This document shows, one piece after another, positions 22,439 to 35,311 of a stretch of DNA of 64,000 bases (positions are counted from its first letter, which is position 1; the number at the start of each line of letters is the position of its first letter). Under the pieces are notes generated by a model, which saw only the letters and a program-made list of their open reading frames with translations, had not been told where the DNA came from and ran no database searches. A program made the translations under genes and the position numbers. The stretch spans positions 307 to 64,306 of the forward strand of contig CAYRSN010000003.1 in assembly GCA_964427185.1 (NCBI GenBank), given 5' to 3'. Origin of the DNA: an uncultured Piscirickettsiaceae bacterium (lineage in GTDB: Bacteria > Pseudomonadota > Gammaproteobacteria > Thiomicrospirales > Thiomicrospiraceae).

Positions 22439-24544
22439 TTAAGCACCTTTTTTAGACTTGGCGATAATTTCTTCCTGAACATTTGAAGGCGCTTCAGCAT
22501 ATTTTTCAAACTGCATAGAGTAGCTCGCACGCCCTTGTGTCAAGGAGCGCAGTTGCGTTGCATACCCAAACATTTCAGCCAAAGGCACTTCTGCTTTAAC
22601 CAACTTACCAACAGGCGCATCCTCCATGCTCTGCACCATACCGCGACGACGGTTCAAGTCACCAATCACATCCCCCATATACTCTTCTGGCGTTACAACC
22701 TCTACCGCCATAATAGGCTCAAGAATAGCTGGGTTAGCACGCGTTACGCCATCTTTTACTGCCATACCGGCAGCAACGCGGAAGGCTGTTTCATTGGAGT
22801 CCACCTCATGATATGAACCATCATAAAGCGTCGCTTTAACGTCAACAACCGGATAACCTGCCAGCACACCCGCTTCCAGCTGATCACGAATACCCTTTTC
22901 AACTGCAGGAATATAGTCTTTTGGAACCACGCCTCCCACAATTGCATTTTCAAACTCAAACCCTGACCCCTGTGGCAGCGGCTCAAACTTAACTTTGACG
23001 TGACCATACTGTCCGCGACCACCTGACTGGCGCACAAATTTCCCTTCAGCATCCACAGGTGTACGAATTGCTTCGCGGTAGGAAACCTGAGGGGCACCCA
23101 CATTAGCTTCCACTTTAAATTCCCGCTTCATACGGTCCACGATGATATCCAAGTGCAGCTCACCCATACCGGAGATAATGGTTTGACCCGTCTCCTCATC
23201 GGTATGCACACGGAAGGAAGGATCCTCCTGAGCCAATTTCTGCAAAGCAATCCCCATTTTTTCCTGGTCAGCTTTGGTTTTAGGCTCTACTGCAACAGAG
23301 ATTACTGGCTCCGGGAATTCCATACGCTCCAAGATAATCTTATGTTCCGGATCACACAAAGTATCCCCGGTTGTCACATCCTTCAAACCCACAGCACAGG
23401 CAATATCACCTGCACGTACCTCCTTAATCTCTTCTCGACTGTTTGCATGCATTTGCAACAAACGACCTACACGCTCTCGCTTCTGCTTAGTAGAGTTCCA
23501 TACTGGCTGTCCAGCATTCACCACACCAGAGTAAGCTCTAAAGAAAGTCAACGTACCCACAAAAGGATCCGTCATAATCTTGAACGCAAGCGCAGAGAAC
23601 GGCTCATCATCTGAAGCATGGCGAACTTCAGCTTCTTCTGTTTCAGGATTGATACCTTCTACAGGAGGAATATCCACCGGGGAAGGCAAATATTCAACCA
23701 TGCCATCTAAAACAGCCTGCACCCCTTTGTTTTTAAAGGCTGAACCACAGAACATTGGCACAACCTCATTCGCGATACAACGCTGACGCAAGCCCTGCTT
23801 GATTTCTTCCTCGGTAAGCTCCCCACCCTCAAGGTATTTATTCATCAAGTCTTCATTCGCTTCAGCTGCCGCTTCCACCAAGAGCTCCCGATATTCCTCG
23901 CATAGCTCAACCATGTCTGCTGGAATATCACCATACTCAAATGTAGTGCCCATGTCTGCTTCATTCCAGACAATGGCTTTCATTTTGATGAGATCCACAA
24001 CTCCTTCGAAAGCATCTTCAGCCCCGATTGGCAACTGAACAGGCACCGGATTCGCACCCAAGCGTGTCTTCACCTGCTCAACCACACGCAAAAAATCAGC
24101 CCCCGCACGATCCATCTTATTCACAAAGGCCATTCTGGGCACGCCATACTTATTTGCCTGACGCCATACCGTCTCAGACTGAGGCTCCACCCCGCCTACG
24201 GCACAAAATACAGCCACCGCACCATCCAGTACTCGCAACGAGCGCTCTACTTCAATCGTAAAGTCTACGTGCCCCGGGGTATCAATAATGTTGATACGGT
24301 GCTGAGGAAACTGATTTGCCATACCTGACCAAAAACAGGTGGTCGCAGCAGACGTGATCGTAATGCCACGCTCCTGTTCTTGCTTCATCCAGTCCATGGT
24401 AGCAGCACCATCATGTACCTCACCAATCTTGTGCGACACACCCGTATAAAACAAAATGCGTTCAGTTGTTGTTGTTTTACCAGCGTCAATATGAGCCATG
24501 ATGCCCACATTACGATAACGCTCAATTGGAGTTGTTCTAGCCAC
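22439..24544 (-). CDS. fusA: Elongation factor G
   Basis: 701 aa. Contains [34 protein letters not shown] and NKMDR. Confidence 0.98.
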   Translation of the reverse strand: MARTTPIERYRNVGIMAHIDAGKTTTTERILFYTGVSHKIGEVHDGAATMDWMKQEQERGITITSAATTCFWSGMANQFPQHRINIIDTPGHVDFTIEVERSLRVLDGAVAVFCAVGGVEPQSETVWRQANKYGVPRMAFVNKMDRAGADFLRVVEQVKTRLGANPVPVQLPIGAEDAFEGVVDLIKMKAIVWNEADMGTTFEYGDIPADMVELCEEYRELLVEAAAEANEDLMNKYLEGGELTEEEIKQGLRQRCIANEVVPMFCGSAFKNKGVQAVLDGMVEYLPSPVDIPPVEGINPETEEAEVRHASDDEPFSALAFKIMTDPFVGTLTFFRAYSGVVNAGQPVWNSTKQKRERVGRLLQMHANSREEIKEVRAGDIACAVGLKDVTTGDTLCDPEHKIILERMEFPEPVISVAVEPKTKADQEKMGIALQKLAQEDPSFRVHTDEETGQTIISGMGELHLDIIVDRMKREFKVEANVGAPQVSYREAIRTPVDAEGKFVRQSGGRGQYGHVKVKFEPLPQGSGFEFENAIVGGVVPKDYIPAVEKGIRDQLEAGVLAGYPVVDVKATLYDGSYHEVDSNETAFRVAAGMAVKDGVTRANPAILEPIMAVEVVTPEEYMGDVIGDLNRRRGMVQSMEDAPVGKLVKAEVPLAEMFGYATQLRSLTQGRASYSMQFEKYAEAPSNVQEEIIAKSKKGA

Positions 24545-24584
24545 GGTTACACCTTTTTATTTTACTTTCCGTCACAAACAGGAA

Positions 24585-24602
24585 ATGCCCCAAGCGGGGC
24601 AT
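24585..24602 (-). promoter_or_regulatory. Hairpin in the rpsG-fusA spacer (possible attenuator or processing signal)
   Basis: The minus strand reads ATGCCCC-GCTT-GGGGCAT, followed by TTCCTGTTTGT. The U-tract is interrupted, so termination is uncertain. Confidence 0.3.
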
Positions 24603-24633
24603 CACCTAAAATCTACCTACTATCATACACGCA

Positions 24634-25107
24634 TTACCAGCGGAAATGAGAGAAAGCCTTATTCGCCTCAGCCATGCGGTGCGTATCTTCTTTTTTCTTC
24701 ACCGCAGCACCACGATTTTCAAGCGCATCTCCAAGCTCACCCGCCAAACGAAGCATCATACCTTTCTCACCTCGTTTACGCGCAGCATCCACAATCCAGC
24801 GCATCGCCAATGCCATACGGCGATCAGAGCGCACTTCAACAGGCACCTGATAGGTCGCACCCCCTACACGCCGAGACTTAACTTCCACCATAGGCCCCAC
24901 ATTCTCCAGCGCCTCTTTCAGGATCGCCACTCTATCTTCGCGCTTTTTACGCTCAGAAACCGTATCCAATGCACCATATACAATTTTTTCCGCAATGGAT
25001 TTTTTACCGTCTTTCATCACAATGTTTACAAACTTTGCCAGCGTAACATCTCCAAATTTAGGATCTGGCAATACCCGTCTCTTTTCAGCTCTTTTTCTAC
25101 GTGCCAT
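24634..25107 (-). CDS. rpsG: 30S ribosomal protein S7
   Basis: Starts [20 protein letters not shown] and contains [19 protein letters not shown]. Confidence 0.97.
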   Translation of the reverse strand: MARRKRAEKRRVLPDPKFGDVTLAKFVNIVMKDGKKSIAEKIVYGALDTVSERKKREDRVAILKEALENVGPMVEVKSRRVGGATYQVPVEVRSDRRMALAMRWIVDAARKRGEKGMMLRLAGELGDALENRGAAVKKKEDTHRMAEANKAFSHFRW

Positions 25108-25157
25108 TCTTAATCTTCCGGTTATTTAATTAATAAGTTGCTAGCGTATATTTAAGG

Positions 25158-25532
25158 TCACCCTTTAGGACGCTTAGCACCGTACTTGGAACGGCCCTGT
25201 CTACGCTTCTCTACACCTGCACAATCCAATGCACCACGAATCGTGTGATAGCGAACACCTGGCAAATCCTTAACACGACCACCGCGAATCAGGATCACAC
25301 TGTGCTCCTGAAGATTGTGACCTTCACCACCGATATAAGTAGTTACCTCAAACCCGCTCGTCAAGCGCACACGCGCAACTTTACGCAAGGCTGAGTTAGG
25401 CTTTTTAGGGGTTGTCGTGTAAACACGCGTACATACACCACGACGCTGTGGACATGCCTGCAACGCAGGCACTTTTGACTTTGCTTTCTTCTGCTTGCGT
25501 GGCTTACGCACAAGCTGATTAATTGTTGCCAT
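25158..25532 (-). CDS. rpsL: 30S ribosomal protein S12
   Basis: Starts [13 protein letters not shown] and contains [18 protein letters not shown] and [16 protein letters not shown]. Confidence 0.97.
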   Translation of the reverse strand: MATINQLVRKPRKQKKAKSKVPALQACPQRRGVCTRVYTTTPKKPNSALRKVARVRLTSGFEVTTYIGGEGHNLQEHSVILIRGGRVKDLPGVRYHTIRGALDCAGVEKRRQGRSKYGAKRPKG

Positions 25533-25618
25533 TCAACTTCTCCATTAGGTTAACCCCCATATTGGGGAGGATACTCAGGCTTAGACTACCTGTTTCCAGC
25601 ATACTCTAAGAGGCATGA

Positions 25619-25648
25619 ATTTTAGCCACCCTTATATGCTCAAGTCAA
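25619..25648 (-). promoter_or_regulatory. Putative str-operon (rpsL) sigma70 promoter
   Basis: The minus strand reads TTGACT, an 18-nt spacer, then TAAAAT. It starts 17 nt after the rpoC stop and lies about 85 nt upstream of the rpsL ATG. Confidence 0.45.
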
Positions 25649-25664
25649 GCCTAAACCCTTGTTT

Positions 25665-28600
25665 TTATTCAGACGTAACAACTTCTTCAGTATCCGCCAG
25701 TGCATCTTCTATTTCTAATTCATCCGCGTCTTCAACATCAAACTGTCGCTGCATAAAAAGCTTAATCTCCTCTTCAGCGCGCTTAGCCGCTGCGCGACGC
25801 AACTTATGATAAGTAAAGCCTGTACCAGCTGGAATGAGCCGGCCTACAATTACATTTTCTTTTAGTCCAACCAACTGATCACGCTTTCCACTGACGGCAG
25901 CTTCCGTCAGAACACGGGTCGTCTCCTGGAAAGAGGCCGCAGAAATGAAAGATTCTGTGGCCAAAGCCGCTTTTGTAATCCCAAGCAATACACGCTGATA
26001 ACGTGCCGGCTGCTTTCCATCCGCCTCAAGCTTCGCATTGACTTCAACAACGCGATGGTATTCGACCTGATCTCCTTTGATCAGCTCAGAGTCCCCAGGT
26101 TCAACGATTTCCACTTTGCGCAGCATCTGACGCACAATGGTTTCAATATGCTTATCGTTAATCTTTACCCCTTGAAGACGGTAAACATCTTGCACTTCAT
26201 TAACGATATATTGTGTTAATGCTTCCACACCTTTTAGGCGCAAGATATCATGCGGATTCGGCGCACCATCGACAAGAATGTCACCTTTTTCAACACGCTC
26301 ACCTTCAAAAACACTGATCGTACGCCATTTAGGTACTAGAATCTCAAACGGTTCAGCACCATCATCCGGCGTAATCACAATCCGGTTTTTACCTTTTGTT
26401 TCCTTACCAAAAGATACTACACCTGAAATTTCCGCCATCACAGCCGCTTCTTTAGGCTGACGCGCTTCGAAAAGGTCTGCCACACGTGGAAGACCACCGG
26501 TAATGTCCCTTGTTTTTGAAGTTTCCTGTGGAATACGCGCCAAAATATCCCCACTACCTACTTGCTGCCCTTCCTGTACAGTAATGGTAGCGTTTTCTGG
26601 CAAGAAATAAATCGCAGGTGAAGTCGTGCCTGGAAAGTTCACAGCCTCCCCGTCTTCTCCCACTAAACGCACATAGGGGCGATCATCTTTATTCATGCGG
26701 TCTTTTACAGGCTTAACGACTCGCATAGTCAACCCAGTCAACTCGTCTGTGCGCTCTTCAACAGCTCCCTCAAAATTACCAAACTCAACCGTTCCTTCTA
26801 CTTCGGTAATAATAGGGTGGGTGTGTGGATCCCACTGAGCGATGATTCGCCCTGACTCCACAGACTCTCCTTCCTTCACCTCCAGCACAGCACCATAAGG
26901 GATTTTATAGCGTTCCTTCTCACGCCCTGCCTCATCAATAATGACAACCTCTCCAGAGCGTGTTGTCACCATAACCTGGCCTTCAGTATTGGTAACTGTC
27001 TTCAAGGCATTGAACTTAACTGTCCCTTTTTGCTTCACTTCAACATGGCTCTGAGCAGCTGCTTTAGAAGCCGTCCCTCCGATATGGAACGTTCGCATCG
27101 TCAACTGTGTACCTGGCTCACCAATAGACTGCGCCGCCATTACTCCAACGGCTTCCCCCAAGTTCACCAAATGACCGCGCGCAAGGTCTCGTCCATAACA
27201 CTTACGACACACTCCGACTTTCGCCTGACAGGTAATGGGAGAACGCACTTTAAGGCTATCAATACCATGCTCATCAATCAGCTTTGCAAGCTTTTCATCA
27301 ATCAGGGCATTTTTCTCAATCAAAACCGTACCATCTGCCAGATGCACTTCTTCAGCACTGACGCGACCCAATACGCGATCTTTCAGAGATTCAACAACAT
27401 CACCGCCTTCGATCAGTGCATGCATTGTGATTGCACCTTCCGTTCCGCAGTCATCTTCTGTCACGACAACATCCTGCGACACATCTACCAAACGACGTGT
27501 CAGATAACCAGAGTTGGCCGTTTTCAAAGCGGTATCGGCCAGTCCTTTACGAGCTCCATGCGTAGAGATAAAGTACTGAAGCACGCTCAGGCCTTCACGG
27601 AAGTTCGCCGTAATAGGTGTTTCAATGATGGAGCCATCTGGCTTCGCCATCAAACCACGCATACCGCCAAGCTGGCGCATTTGCGCGACACTTCCCCGTG
27701 CTCCCGAATCTGCCATCATAAAAATAGAGTTAAATGAAAGCTGACGAACTTCATTACCTTCTGGATCCTTAATTGTCTCCCACTGGATTTCATCCATCAT
27801 CGCCTTGGTAACCAGCTCGTTAGCATGAGACCAGATATCGATGACCTTGTTATAACGCTCTCCTTCAGTCACCAAGCCCTGCTCATACTGCCGCTGAATT
27901 TCTTTTACCTGCTCTTCAGCCTTTTTAAGAATCTCCGCTTTTTCATGGGGAATAACCATGTCATCGACAGCAAAAGAAAGCCCCGCCAAAGTGGAGTGGC
28001 GGAACCCGGCATACATTAGCTGATCCGCAAATACAACCGTCTCTTTAGGCCCCAGTAGACGATAACAGGCATCAAGCAGCTTGGAAATGTTCTTCTTGGT
28101 AAGGTTGGTATTTAATAGATCAAAGCTCAACCCTTCAGGCAGAATCTTCTTCAACAGTGCACGCCCGGCCGTCGTATCCACAATACGCGTTCTTTCTTCC
28201 GTCGAACCATCTTCATTTTTAAGCACTTCATGTACACGTAATTTAATACGTGAGTGCAAGGTGATCACACCCGCTTCTAGTGCACGCTCAACATCTTTCC
28301 ACGAAGCAAAATACTTCCCTTCACCTGGTGCATACAACTTTTCGCGGCTCATATAGTAAAGCCCTAACACCACATCCTGTGAAGGCACAATAATCGGATC
28401 ACCATTAGCAGGTGACAGTAGGTTATTCGTTGACATCATCAGCGTGCGTGCTTCCAGCTGCGCCTCCAAAGAAAGGGGCACATGCACCGCCATCTGGTCA
28501 CCATCAAAATCAGCATTGAAAGCTGCACATACCAGAGGGTGCAACTGAATCGCTTTACCCTCAATCAAAACCGGCTCAAAAGCCTGAATACCTAAGCGGT

Positions 28601-29900
28601 GAAGTGTAGGGGCACGGTTTAGCAAAACCGGATGCTCACGAATAACGCTATCCAGCGCTTCCCAAACTTCCGGTTCCTCGTTTTCGACCATTTTTTTCGC
28701 TTGCTTGATAGTCGCTGCATACCCTTGCTTCAACAGCTTGCTATAGATGAAAGGCTTAAACAGTTCCAGTGCCATCAGCTTAGGCAGACCACACTGATGA
28801 AGCTTCAATGTTGGTCCAACCACAATCACGGAACGCCCAGAATAGTCGACACGCTTACCCAGTAGATTTTGACGGAAACGCCCTTGCTTACCTTTAATCA
28901 TATCCGCAAGAGACTTTAACTGACGCTTATTCGAGCCGGTTACCGCGCGCCCTCGACGCCCGTTATCCAACAGAGAATCTACGGCTTCCTGCAACATACG
29001 CTTCTCATTGCGCACGATAATATCTGGTGCCATCAGATCCAGCAGTCGTTTCAGTCTATTATTACGGTTAATTACGCGACGGTACAGGTCATTCAGATCC
29101 GATGTAGCAAAACGCCCTCCATCCAGAGGCACCAGCGGACGTAAATCAGGTGGCAGTACAGGCAGAACCTCCAGAATCATCCATTCCGGGCGATTACCAG
29201 ACTGCAAAAAAGCCTCAATAAGCTTCAGACGCTTAGCAATTTTTTTCTGCTTCGTCTGAGAGTTAGTTTCCTGCATCTCCTGACGCAGCTTTTCAGCTTC
29301 TTCCTGTAGGTTAATCGCTTCAAGGCGGCGTTTGATCGCTTCTGCCCCCATCAAAGCTTCAAACTCATCCCCATATTCTTCCAGGGCATCCAGATACTCT
29401 TCCTCACTCAGAAGTTGCCACTGCTCAAGCGGTGTCAACCCCGGATCTACAACCATAAAGGCTTCAAAATATAAAACAGCCTCAATTTCTTTTAATGTCT
29501 TATCCAGCATTAAGCCGATGCGCGAGGGCAAAGACTTCAAAAACCAAATATGGGCAACAGGCGCTGCCAACTCAATATGCCCCATTCTTTCTCGACGAAC
29601 TTTGGCTTGTGTAACTTCGACACCGCATTTCTCACAAATAACATCGCAATGTTTTAAACGCTTATACTTACTATACTTACCGCACAAACACTCATAGTCT
29701 CGAATGGGTCCAAAAATTTTGGCGCAAAACAAACCATCACGTTCCGGTTTAAAAGTACGGTAGTTGATCGTTTCGGGCTTTTTAACTTCACCATAAGACC
29801 ATGAGCGAATTTTTTCGGGTGAAGCAAGGCTGACCCGGATCGCGTCAAAGTCATTCGTGCTGCTTTTTTGGCTTTTGAGGAATCCGATCAATTCTTTCAT
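25665..29900 (-). CDS. rpoC: DNA-directed RNA polymerase subunit beta'
   Basis: 1411 aa. Contains the catalytic [14 protein letters not shown], the N-terminal zinc element CLCGKY...CEKCGVEV, and the C-terminal [10 protein letters not shown]. The ATG overlaps the rpoB stop (ATGA). Confidence 0.98.
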   Translation of the reverse strand: MKELIGFLKSQKSSTNDFDAIRVSLASPEKIRSWSYGEVKKPETINYRTFKPERDGLFCAKIFGPIRDYECLCGKYSKYKRLKHCDVICEKCGVEVTQAKVRRERMGHIELAAPVAHIWFLKSLPSRIGLMLDKTLKEIEAVLYFEAFMVVDPGLTPLEQWQLLSEEEYLDALEEYGDEFEALMGAEAIKRRLEAINLQEEAEKLRQEMQETNSQTKQKKIAKRLKLIEAFLQSGNRPEWMILEVLPVLPPDLRPLVPLDGGRFATSDLNDLYRRVINRNNRLKRLLDLMAPDIIVRNEKRMLQEAVDSLLDNGRRGRAVTGSNKRQLKSLADMIKGKQGRFRQNLLGKRVDYSGRSVIVVGPTLKLHQCGLPKLMALELFKPFIYSKLLKQGYAATIKQAKKMVENEEPEVWEALDSVIREHPVLLNRAPTLHRLGIQAFEPVLIEGKAIQLHPLVCAAFNADFDGDQMAVHVPLSLEAQLEARTLMMSTNNLLSPANGDPIIVPSQDVVLGLYYMSREKLYAPGEGKYFASWKDVERALEAGVITLHSRIKLRVHEVLKNEDGSTEERTRIVDTTAGRALLKKILPEGLSFDLLNTNLTKKNISKLLDACYRLLGPKETVVFADQLMYAGFRHSTLAGLSFAVDDMVIPHEKAEILKKAEEQVKEIQRQYEQGLVTEGERYNKVIDIWSHANELVTKAMMDEIQWETIKDPEGNEVRQLSFNSIFMMADSGARGSVAQMRQLGGMRGLMAKPDGSIIETPITANFREGLSVLQYFISTHGARKGLADTALKTANSGYLTRRLVDVSQDVVVTEDDCGTEGAITMHALIEGGDVVESLKDRVLGRVSAEEVHLADGTVLIEKNALIDEKLAKLIDEHGIDSLKVRSPITCQAKVGVCRKCYGRDLARGHLVNLGEAVGVMAAQSIGEPGTQLTMRTFHIGGTASKAAAQSHVEVKQKGTVKFNALKTVTNTEGQVMVTTRSGEVVIIDEAGREKERYKIPYGAVLEVKEGESVESGRIIAQWDPHTHPIITEVEGTVEFGNFEGAVEERTDELTGLTMRVVKPVKDRMNKDDRPYVRLVGEDGEAVNFPGTTSPAIYFLPENATITVQEGQQVGSGDILARIPQETSKTRDITGGLPRVADLFEARQPKEAAVMAEISGVVSFGKETKGKNRIVITPDDGAEPFEILVPKWRTISVFEGERVEKGDILVDGAPNPHDILRLKGVEALTQYIVNEVQDVYRLQGVKINDKHIETIVRQMLRKVEIVEPGDSELIKGDQVEYHRVVEVNAKLEADGKQPARYQRVLLGITKAALATESFISAASFQETTRVLTEAAVSGKRDQLVGLKENVIVGRLIPAGTGFTYHKLRRAAAKRAEEEIKLFMQRQFDVEDADELEIEDALADTEEVVTSE

Positions 29901-32900
29901 TTCTCTTGCTCCAATTCAATGTCGATACCCAAGGCACGGATTTCTTTACGCAGTACACTGAAAGACTCCGGCATGCCTGGCTCCATATATTGATCTCCAT
30001 CTACGATATTTTTGTACATACGTGTGCGGCCATTCAGGTCATCTGACTTCACTGTTAGCATTTCCTGCAAAGTAAAGGCAGCACCATAGGCCTCAAGCGC
30101 CCATACTTCCATCTCACCAAAACGCTGTCCACCAAATTGAGCTTTACCACCCAGTGGCTGCTGCGTTACCAAACTGTAAGGCCCTGTTGAGCGCGCATGC
30201 ATTTTGTCATCAACCAGATGATTTAGTTTCAACATATACATATAGCCCACCGTCACAGGCCGATCGAACTTCTCACCCGTGCGACCATCAAATAAGGTCA
30301 TCTGACCACTTTCGGGTAAATCCGCCAGTTTCAACTGCTTTTTGATCTGCGCCTCTGATGCACCATCAAAAACAGGTGTTGCCATCGGTACACCATTTTT
30401 CAAATTGTGTGCCAACTCAAGAACTTCTTCATCAGTGAAACTGTCCAAATCTGCAGGCTGACCCTCAGTTTCGTTATAGATTTTTTTCATAAATGCTCGC
30501 AGCTCTTCAAGAGCGCGTTGCTGCTCCAGCATTTCGTTAATCTTGTCCCCCAAACCTTTTGCTGCCAGCCCCAAATGCGTTTCAAGAATCTGCCCCACAT
30601 TCATTCGGGACGGAACCCCCAGAGGGTTCAAGCAGATATCAACCGGCTGACCATTCTCATCATAGGGCATATCTTCAACCGGCGCGATACGTGAAATCAC
30701 ACCCTTGTTACCATGACGACCCGCCATCTTGTCACCTGGCTGAATACGGCGCTTCATGGCAACATATACTTTCACCATCTTGGAAACACCTGGAGGCAAC
30801 TCATCTCCTTGGCTCAATTTTTTACGTTTTTCTTCGTAGAACTGTTCCAGCTCTTCTTTTTTCTGTACAAGCTGCTGCTGCAATACTTCCAACTGACGCA
30901 CCAGGTCTTCATTGGACAGCTCCAACTCAAACCATTTTTCTCGAGGCGTCTCTTTCAGTAAAGTTTTCGTAACCTTCTTCCCGTTATTCAGCTGTTTATT
31001 GAGCAACAGCTTTTCCAAACGGTCGTAAACATCATCCTCCAGAATCTTGTACTGCACATTAATGTCAGCACGAATCTTGGCAAGCTGCTCTTCTCGAATC
31101 GCCTTGGCACGAGCATCCAGTTTTACACCTTCACGCGTATAAACCTGAACATCAATAACTGTCCCTTCAACACCTTTAGGTACCCGCAAAGAGGTATCCT
31201 TCACATCAGAGGCTTTCTCGCCAAAAATCGCCCGCAAGAGTTTTTCTTCTGGAGAAAGCTGCTGTTCACCTTTAGGAGTTACCTTACCAACCAAAATGTC
31301 ACCTTGCTTCACCTGTGCACCGATAAAAATCACGCCAGTTTCATCTAGTTTTGCAAGCGCAGACTCACTGACATTTGGAATATCTGCCGTAATTTCTTCA
31401 GGCCCTAATTTAGTATCACGCGCAAGGCAGGTCATTTCTTCAATATGAATAGTGGTATATCGATCCTGCTCAACAACACGCTCAGAAATAAGAATGGAGT
31501 CTTCAAAGTTATATCCATTCCAGGGCACAAAGGCGACTCGCATGTTTTGCCCCAGCGCCAACTCACCCAAATCGGTAGAAGGACCATCTGCCAGCACATC
31601 GCCTTTGGCTATCACATCTCCTGCTTTCACAATCGGGCGCTGGTTCATACAGGTATTCTGGTTTGAGCGCTGGTATTTCACCAGGTTATAAATATCAACC
31701 CCTGTTTCACACTCCTGGATTTCCTCCTCATTCACACGCACAACAATCCGTTGCGCATCTGATGAAACAACCACTCCCCCACGGTGAGCAACAACCGTAA
31801 CACCTGAGTCAATGGCTACTTTACGCTCCATGCCTGTGCCTACCAATGGCTTATCCGCCTTCACGGTAGGTACGGCCTGACGTTGCATGTTAGACCCCAT
31901 CAGGGCACGGTTTGCATCATCATGCTCCAAAAATGGAATCAGAGAAGCAGCCACAGAAACAATTTGTTGCGGCGCAATATCCATATAGTTCACATCTTTT
32001 GCTGAAGCCAATGTGAACTCATTTTTATGGCGTGCTGAAACCAAGTCTTCTTTGATTTTTCCGGTTTCATCCACCTCAACATTGGCCTGAGCAATCACAT
32101 ACTGTGCCTCATCAATGGCCGAAATATAATGCACTTCATCTGTCACACGGCCATCCACCACCTTGCGATAAGGGGTTTCCAGGAATCCATACTGATTGGT
32201 ACGCGCATAAACCGCCAATGTATTGATCAACCCGATATTGGGGCCTTCCGGTGTTTCAATAGGGCACAGACGCCCATAATGCGTAGGATGCACATCTCGT
32301 ACTTCAAAGCCTGCCCGCTCACGGGTTAAGCCACCCGGCCCCAGTGCCGACACACGACGCTTATGAGTGATTTCAGATAAAGGGTTGACCTGATCCATAA
32401 ACTGAGAAAGCTGACTGGAGCCGAAAAACTCCTTAATCGCCGCTGCAACCGGTTTAGCATTCACTAAGTCTTGGGGCATCAAACCATCCGTTTCAGCGTT
32501 ATTCAGTCGCTCCTTAACTGCCCGCTCAACTCGCACCAGACCAACACGGAAAGCATTCTCTGCCATCTCTCCCACTGCACGAATACGACGGTTGCCCAAC
32601 GTATCTATATCGTCTGTCGTACTCTTGCCATTACGGATATTGATCAACTCTTTAACAACATCAACAATATCATCATTGGTTAAAACACGAGGCCCTTCGT
32701 CTGTTTCACGCCCAAGACGGCGGTTAAGTTTCATGCGCCCAACAACCGTCAGATCATAACGTTCTTCCGAGAAGAAAAGGTCATTGAACAATTGCTCAGC
32801 CGTTTCTTTTGTAGGTGGCTCACCTGGACGCATCATGCGGTAAATTTCCACTTGAGCTTCCATCTGACTGGTAGTGTGATCGGCAGCCATCGTGCGGGAA

Positions 32901-33964
32901 ATATAATCCCCAGCTTCCAGCTCATCAACATAAAGCACTTTAAATACCAGAGCATTTTGCTTAGACAGCTGCTCGGCTATTTCAGGCGTAATGACACTAT
33001 TTGCCTGAACCAGAATCTCTCCGGTTTCTGTGTCAACAACATCTTCACCAGCCACTTTACCGATAACATACTCTTCCGGCACGTCCAACCACTCAACACC
33101 AGCCTCTTTAAACTGCTTGATTGTACGGCTGGTAATTTTCTTGCCTGCTTTCACCAACACTTTGTCACCGGCCACAATATCAAAAGTAGCTGTTTGCCCT
33201 TTCAAGTGCTCCGGGTTAACTTTGATTTTGAAATGACCTTTTTCCACTTTAATATCGGTCATCTCAAAGAACATTTCTAAAATCTGCTGGTTGTCATATC
33301 CCATTGCTCTAAGCAAAACGGTCACAGGCAGTTTGCGGCGACGGTCAATGCGAGCATAAACCAGGTCATTCTGGTCAAATTCAAAATCTAGCCATGAGCC
33401 TCTATATGGAATAATGCGTGCATTAAACAGCACCTTGCCTGAGCTACTTGACTTACCTTTATCACTGTCAAACACCACACCCGGAGACCGGTGTAGCTGA
33501 GTGACGATAACCCGTTCAGTACCATTGATCACAAAGGTACCTGTTTCTGTCATCAAAGGAACATCTCCCAGATAGACAACCTGCTCTTTGACATCCTTTA
33601 TTTTCTTTTTCTTATTTGCACCGACAGTATCTTTGTCGTACAGCACAACTCGCATCTTGACACGCAAAGGCGCATCATAAGTCACTCCGCGAAGCTTACA
33701 TTCACGCACATCAAACTCTGGCTGCCCAACTTCATAGCTTACGAACTCAAGGTCTGCTGTGCCAGCTACACCATGAATAGGGAAAATGGACTTAAATGCA
33801 GCCTGCAAACCAACTTCTTTGCGTTTTTCAGGCGAAACATCCAGCTGAAGAAACTCAGCGTAAGAGCTTTTCTGTAAAGATAGAAGATAGGGCACATCCA
33901 AAATAGATGGACGTTTAGCGAAATTCTTACGTACGCGTTTTTTTTCTGTCAGAGAGTAGGCCAT
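29897..33964 (-). CDS. rpoB: DNA-directed RNA polymerase subunit beta
   Basis: 1355 aa. Contains [33 protein letters not shown] (the rifampicin cluster region), GRHGNKGV, and [13 protein letters not shown]. Confidence 0.98.
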   Translation of the reverse strand: MAYSLTEKKRVRKNFAKRPSILDVPYLLSLQKSSYAEFLQLDVSPEKRKEVGLQAAFKSIFPIHGVAGTADLEFVSYEVGQPEFDVRECKLRGVTYDAPLRVKMRVVLYDKDTVGANKKKKIKDVKEQVVYLGDVPLMTETGTFVINGTERVIVTQLHRSPGVVFDSDKGKSSSSGKVLFNARIIPYRGSWLDFEFDQNDLVYARIDRRRKLPVTVLLRAMGYDNQQILEMFFEMTDIKVEKGHFKIKVNPEHLKGQTATFDIVAGDKVLVKAGKKITSRTIKQFKEAGVEWLDVPEEYVIGKVAGEDVVDTETGEILVQANSVITPEIAEQLSKQNALVFKVLYVDELEAGDYISRTMAADHTTSQMEAQVEIYRMMRPGEPPTKETAEQLFNDLFFSEERYDLTVVGRMKLNRRLGRETDEGPRVLTNDDIVDVVKELINIRNGKSTTDDIDTLGNRRIRAVGEMAENAFRVGLVRVERAVKERLNNAETDGLMPQDLVNAKPVAAAIKEFFGSSQLSQFMDQVNPLSEITHKRRVSALGPGGLTRERAGFEVRDVHPTHYGRLCPIETPEGPNIGLINTLAVYARTNQYGFLETPYRKVVDGRVTDEVHYISAIDEAQYVIAQANVEVDETGKIKEDLVSARHKNEFTLASAKDVNYMDIAPQQIVSVAASLIPFLEHDDANRALMGSNMQRQAVPTVKADKPLVGTGMERKVAIDSGVTVVAHRGGVVVSSDAQRIVVRVNEEEIQECETGVDIYNLVKYQRSNQNTCMNQRPIVKAGDVIAKGDVLADGPSTDLGELALGQNMRVAFVPWNGYNFEDSILISERVVEQDRYTTIHIEEMTCLARDTKLGPEEITADIPNVSESALAKLDETGVIFIGAQVKQGDILVGKVTPKGEQQLSPEEKLLRAIFGEKASDVKDTSLRVPKGVEGTVIDVQVYTREGVKLDARAKAIREEQLAKIRADINVQYKILEDDVYDRLEKLLLNKQLNNGKKVTKTLLKETPREKWFELELSNEDLVRQLEVLQQQLVQKKEELEQFYEEKRKKLSQGDELPPGVSKMVKVYVAMKRRIQPGDKMAGRHGNKGVISRIAPVEDMPYDENGQPVDICLNPLGVPSRMNVGQILETHLGLAAKGLGDKINEMLEQQRALEELRAFMKKIYNETEGQPADLDSFTDEEVLELAHNLKNGVPMATPVFDGASEAQIKKQLKLADLPESGQMTLFDGRTGEKFDRPVTVGYMYMLKLNHLVDDKMHARSTGPYSLVTQQPLGGKAQFGGQRFGEMEVWALEAYGAAFTLQEMLTVKSDDLNGRTRMYKNIVDGDQYMEPGMPESFSVLRKEIRALGIDIELEQEK

Positions 33965-34050
33965 TTTTACCTCGAGGACTCACTATAATGGTTGAAAAGT
34001 GTGGTTTCCCCACTTCCCCATGCAGATATCAAGAGCCATCTGCGTGCTCA

Positions 34051-34099
34051 CTAAACTTATAGGCTTTAATGTGGTAATAACTAAAGCCCATAAGTTTAG
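34051..34099 (-). promoter_or_regulatory. Long stem-loop in the rplL-rpoB spacer (RNase III-type processing-site candidate)
   Basis: An 18-bp stem (34051-34068 pairing with 34082-34099) encloses a 13-nt loop. The single non-Watson-Crick position is a G-U pair on the minus-strand transcript but an A-C mismatch on the plus strand. Confidence 0.5.
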
Positions 34100-34114
34100 C
34101 TGGCAGAAAGCACG

Positions 34115-34140
34115 AAAAGGCCGGTGGAAATCCACCAGCC
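34115..34140 (-). terminator. Attenuator-type intrinsic terminator between rplL and rpoB
   Basis: The minus strand reads GGCTGGTGGA-TT-TCCACCGGCC, a 10-bp stem with one G-U pair on this strand, followed by TTTTCGTGCTTTC. It starts about 40 nt after the rplL stop. Confidence 0.6.
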
Positions 34141-34179
34141 TTATCATGCTGCTACAAAGCGCAGCTTATACAGAAGCGA

Positions 34180-34563
34180 TTACTTAACTTCAGCTTCTGC
34201 ACCTGCTTCTTCAAGCTGCTTCTTAATTTCTTCAGCTTCTTCCTTAGAAACACCTTCTTTCAGAACGGTTGGCGCAGATTCTACAGCTTCCTTAGCTTCT
34301 TTCAGACCCAGGCCTGTAATCGCACGTACTGCTTTAATCGCAGCAACCTTGTTACCGCCTGCAGACTTCAGTACAACATCAAACTCAGTCTTCTCTTCAG
34401 CACCGCCAGCATCACCACCTGCTGCAGGTGCAGCAACAGCAACAGCCGCAGCAGCAGCTGAAACGCCGAACTTTTCTTCCATTGCTTCAACCAGCTCAAC
34501 AACTTCCATTACGGACATGTTGGCAATCGCTTCCAAAATATCGTCTTTAGTCAAATCTGCCAT
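34180..34563 (-). CDS. rplL: 50S ribosomal protein L7/L12
   Basis: Starts [34 protein letters not shown], followed by an Ala-rich hinge and [16 protein letters not shown]. The listed ORF starts 5 codons earlier. Confidence 0.96.
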   Translation of the reverse strand: MADLTKDDILEAIANMSVMEVVELVEAMEEKFGVSAAAAAVAVAAPAAGGDAGGAEEKTEFDVVLKSAGGNKVAAIKAVRAITGLGLKEAKEAVESAPTVLKEGVSKEEAEEIKKQLEEAGAEAEVK

Positions 34564-34612
34564 GTTGATTTCTCCCAACTAATAAGTGAAATGTAAAATT
34601 TTATTAAGTAAA

Positions 34613-35140
34613 TTATGCTGCTTCTTTTTTGTCCTTGATCGCTGCAACCGTGCGAACAAGCTTGCCAGGAACCTCGTTGAGCGTCTTCGCCAACTGCTCC
34701 ACTGGCGCTTTCATCACGAACATCAGCTTACTCAAGGCCTCGTCATAAGTCGGCAACGAAGCAACCGCATCAAGCTCACTACCAGGCATTGCACCATTAC
34801 CAATGGACAACACTTTAGGTTCCAGCGCAGGCACTTCCTTACGGAAAGCCTTCACAATACGCGCGGCAGAACCCGGGTCTTCCATTGAGATAACCAGCAC
34901 AAGTGGCCCAACCAGTTTGTCTCCAATATCTTCAAACTGAGTGCCTTGTAAAGCACGACGCGTCAGCGTATTTTTAACAACACGCACGACCACGCCTGCT
35001 TCCCGCGCCTGGCGACGCAATGCGGTCATCTGCTCCACTGTCAACCCGCGATATTCAGCAGCCACAATCGAATAAGCGCTCTCTGCAAGAGCATGCACTT
35101 CTTCGACAATGCGCTTTTTATCTTCGAGCTTCAGAGCCAT
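34613..35140 (-). CDS. rplJ: 50S ribosomal protein L10
   Basis: Starts MALKLEDKKRIVEEVHALAESAYSIVAAEYRGLTVEQMTALR. Confidence 0.97.
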   Translation of the reverse strand: MALKLEDKKRIVEEVHALAESAYSIVAAEYRGLTVEQMTALRRQAREAGVVVRVVKNTLTRRALQGTQFEDIGDKLVGPLVLVISMEDPGSAARIVKAFRKEVPALEPKVLSIGNGAMPGSELDAVASLPTYDEALSKLMFVMKAPVEQLAKTLNEVPGKLVRTVAAIKDKKEAA

Positions 35141-35311
35141 ATAACCTCCAATCTAAGGCTTGCGCCTCCTCCATCTACATAGGCGAATTTTAAGCCTCGA
35201 CCATCGAGACACCTATGGTCTGCGATGGGTTTCACCATAGTCGGAGAAATCCCAATCGCACTGACGGCTTACGCCGCTGGGCAAGCGCCCAAATGCCTCA
35301 TCTTAAAAAGA
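35141..35311 (-). promoter_or_regulatory. rplJ (L10) leader region, expected site of L10-(L12)4 autoregulation
   Basis: A 171-nt untranslated spacer between rplA and rplJ contains several hairpins, for example CTATGGT...ACCATAG on the minus strand. The assignment rests on conserved position only; no covariance model was run. Confidence 0.4.

Noticed and set aside
27030-27737. A 235-aa plus-strand ORF. Similar cases occur at 18705-19361, 32792-33280, 56736-57344, 59450-60115 and 61802-62470.
   Set aside because: All are antisense to well-supported genes (rpoC, rplB/rplW, rpoB, motA, parC, lspA/ileS) and lack ribosome-binding sites or recognisable domains. They are shadow ORFs.
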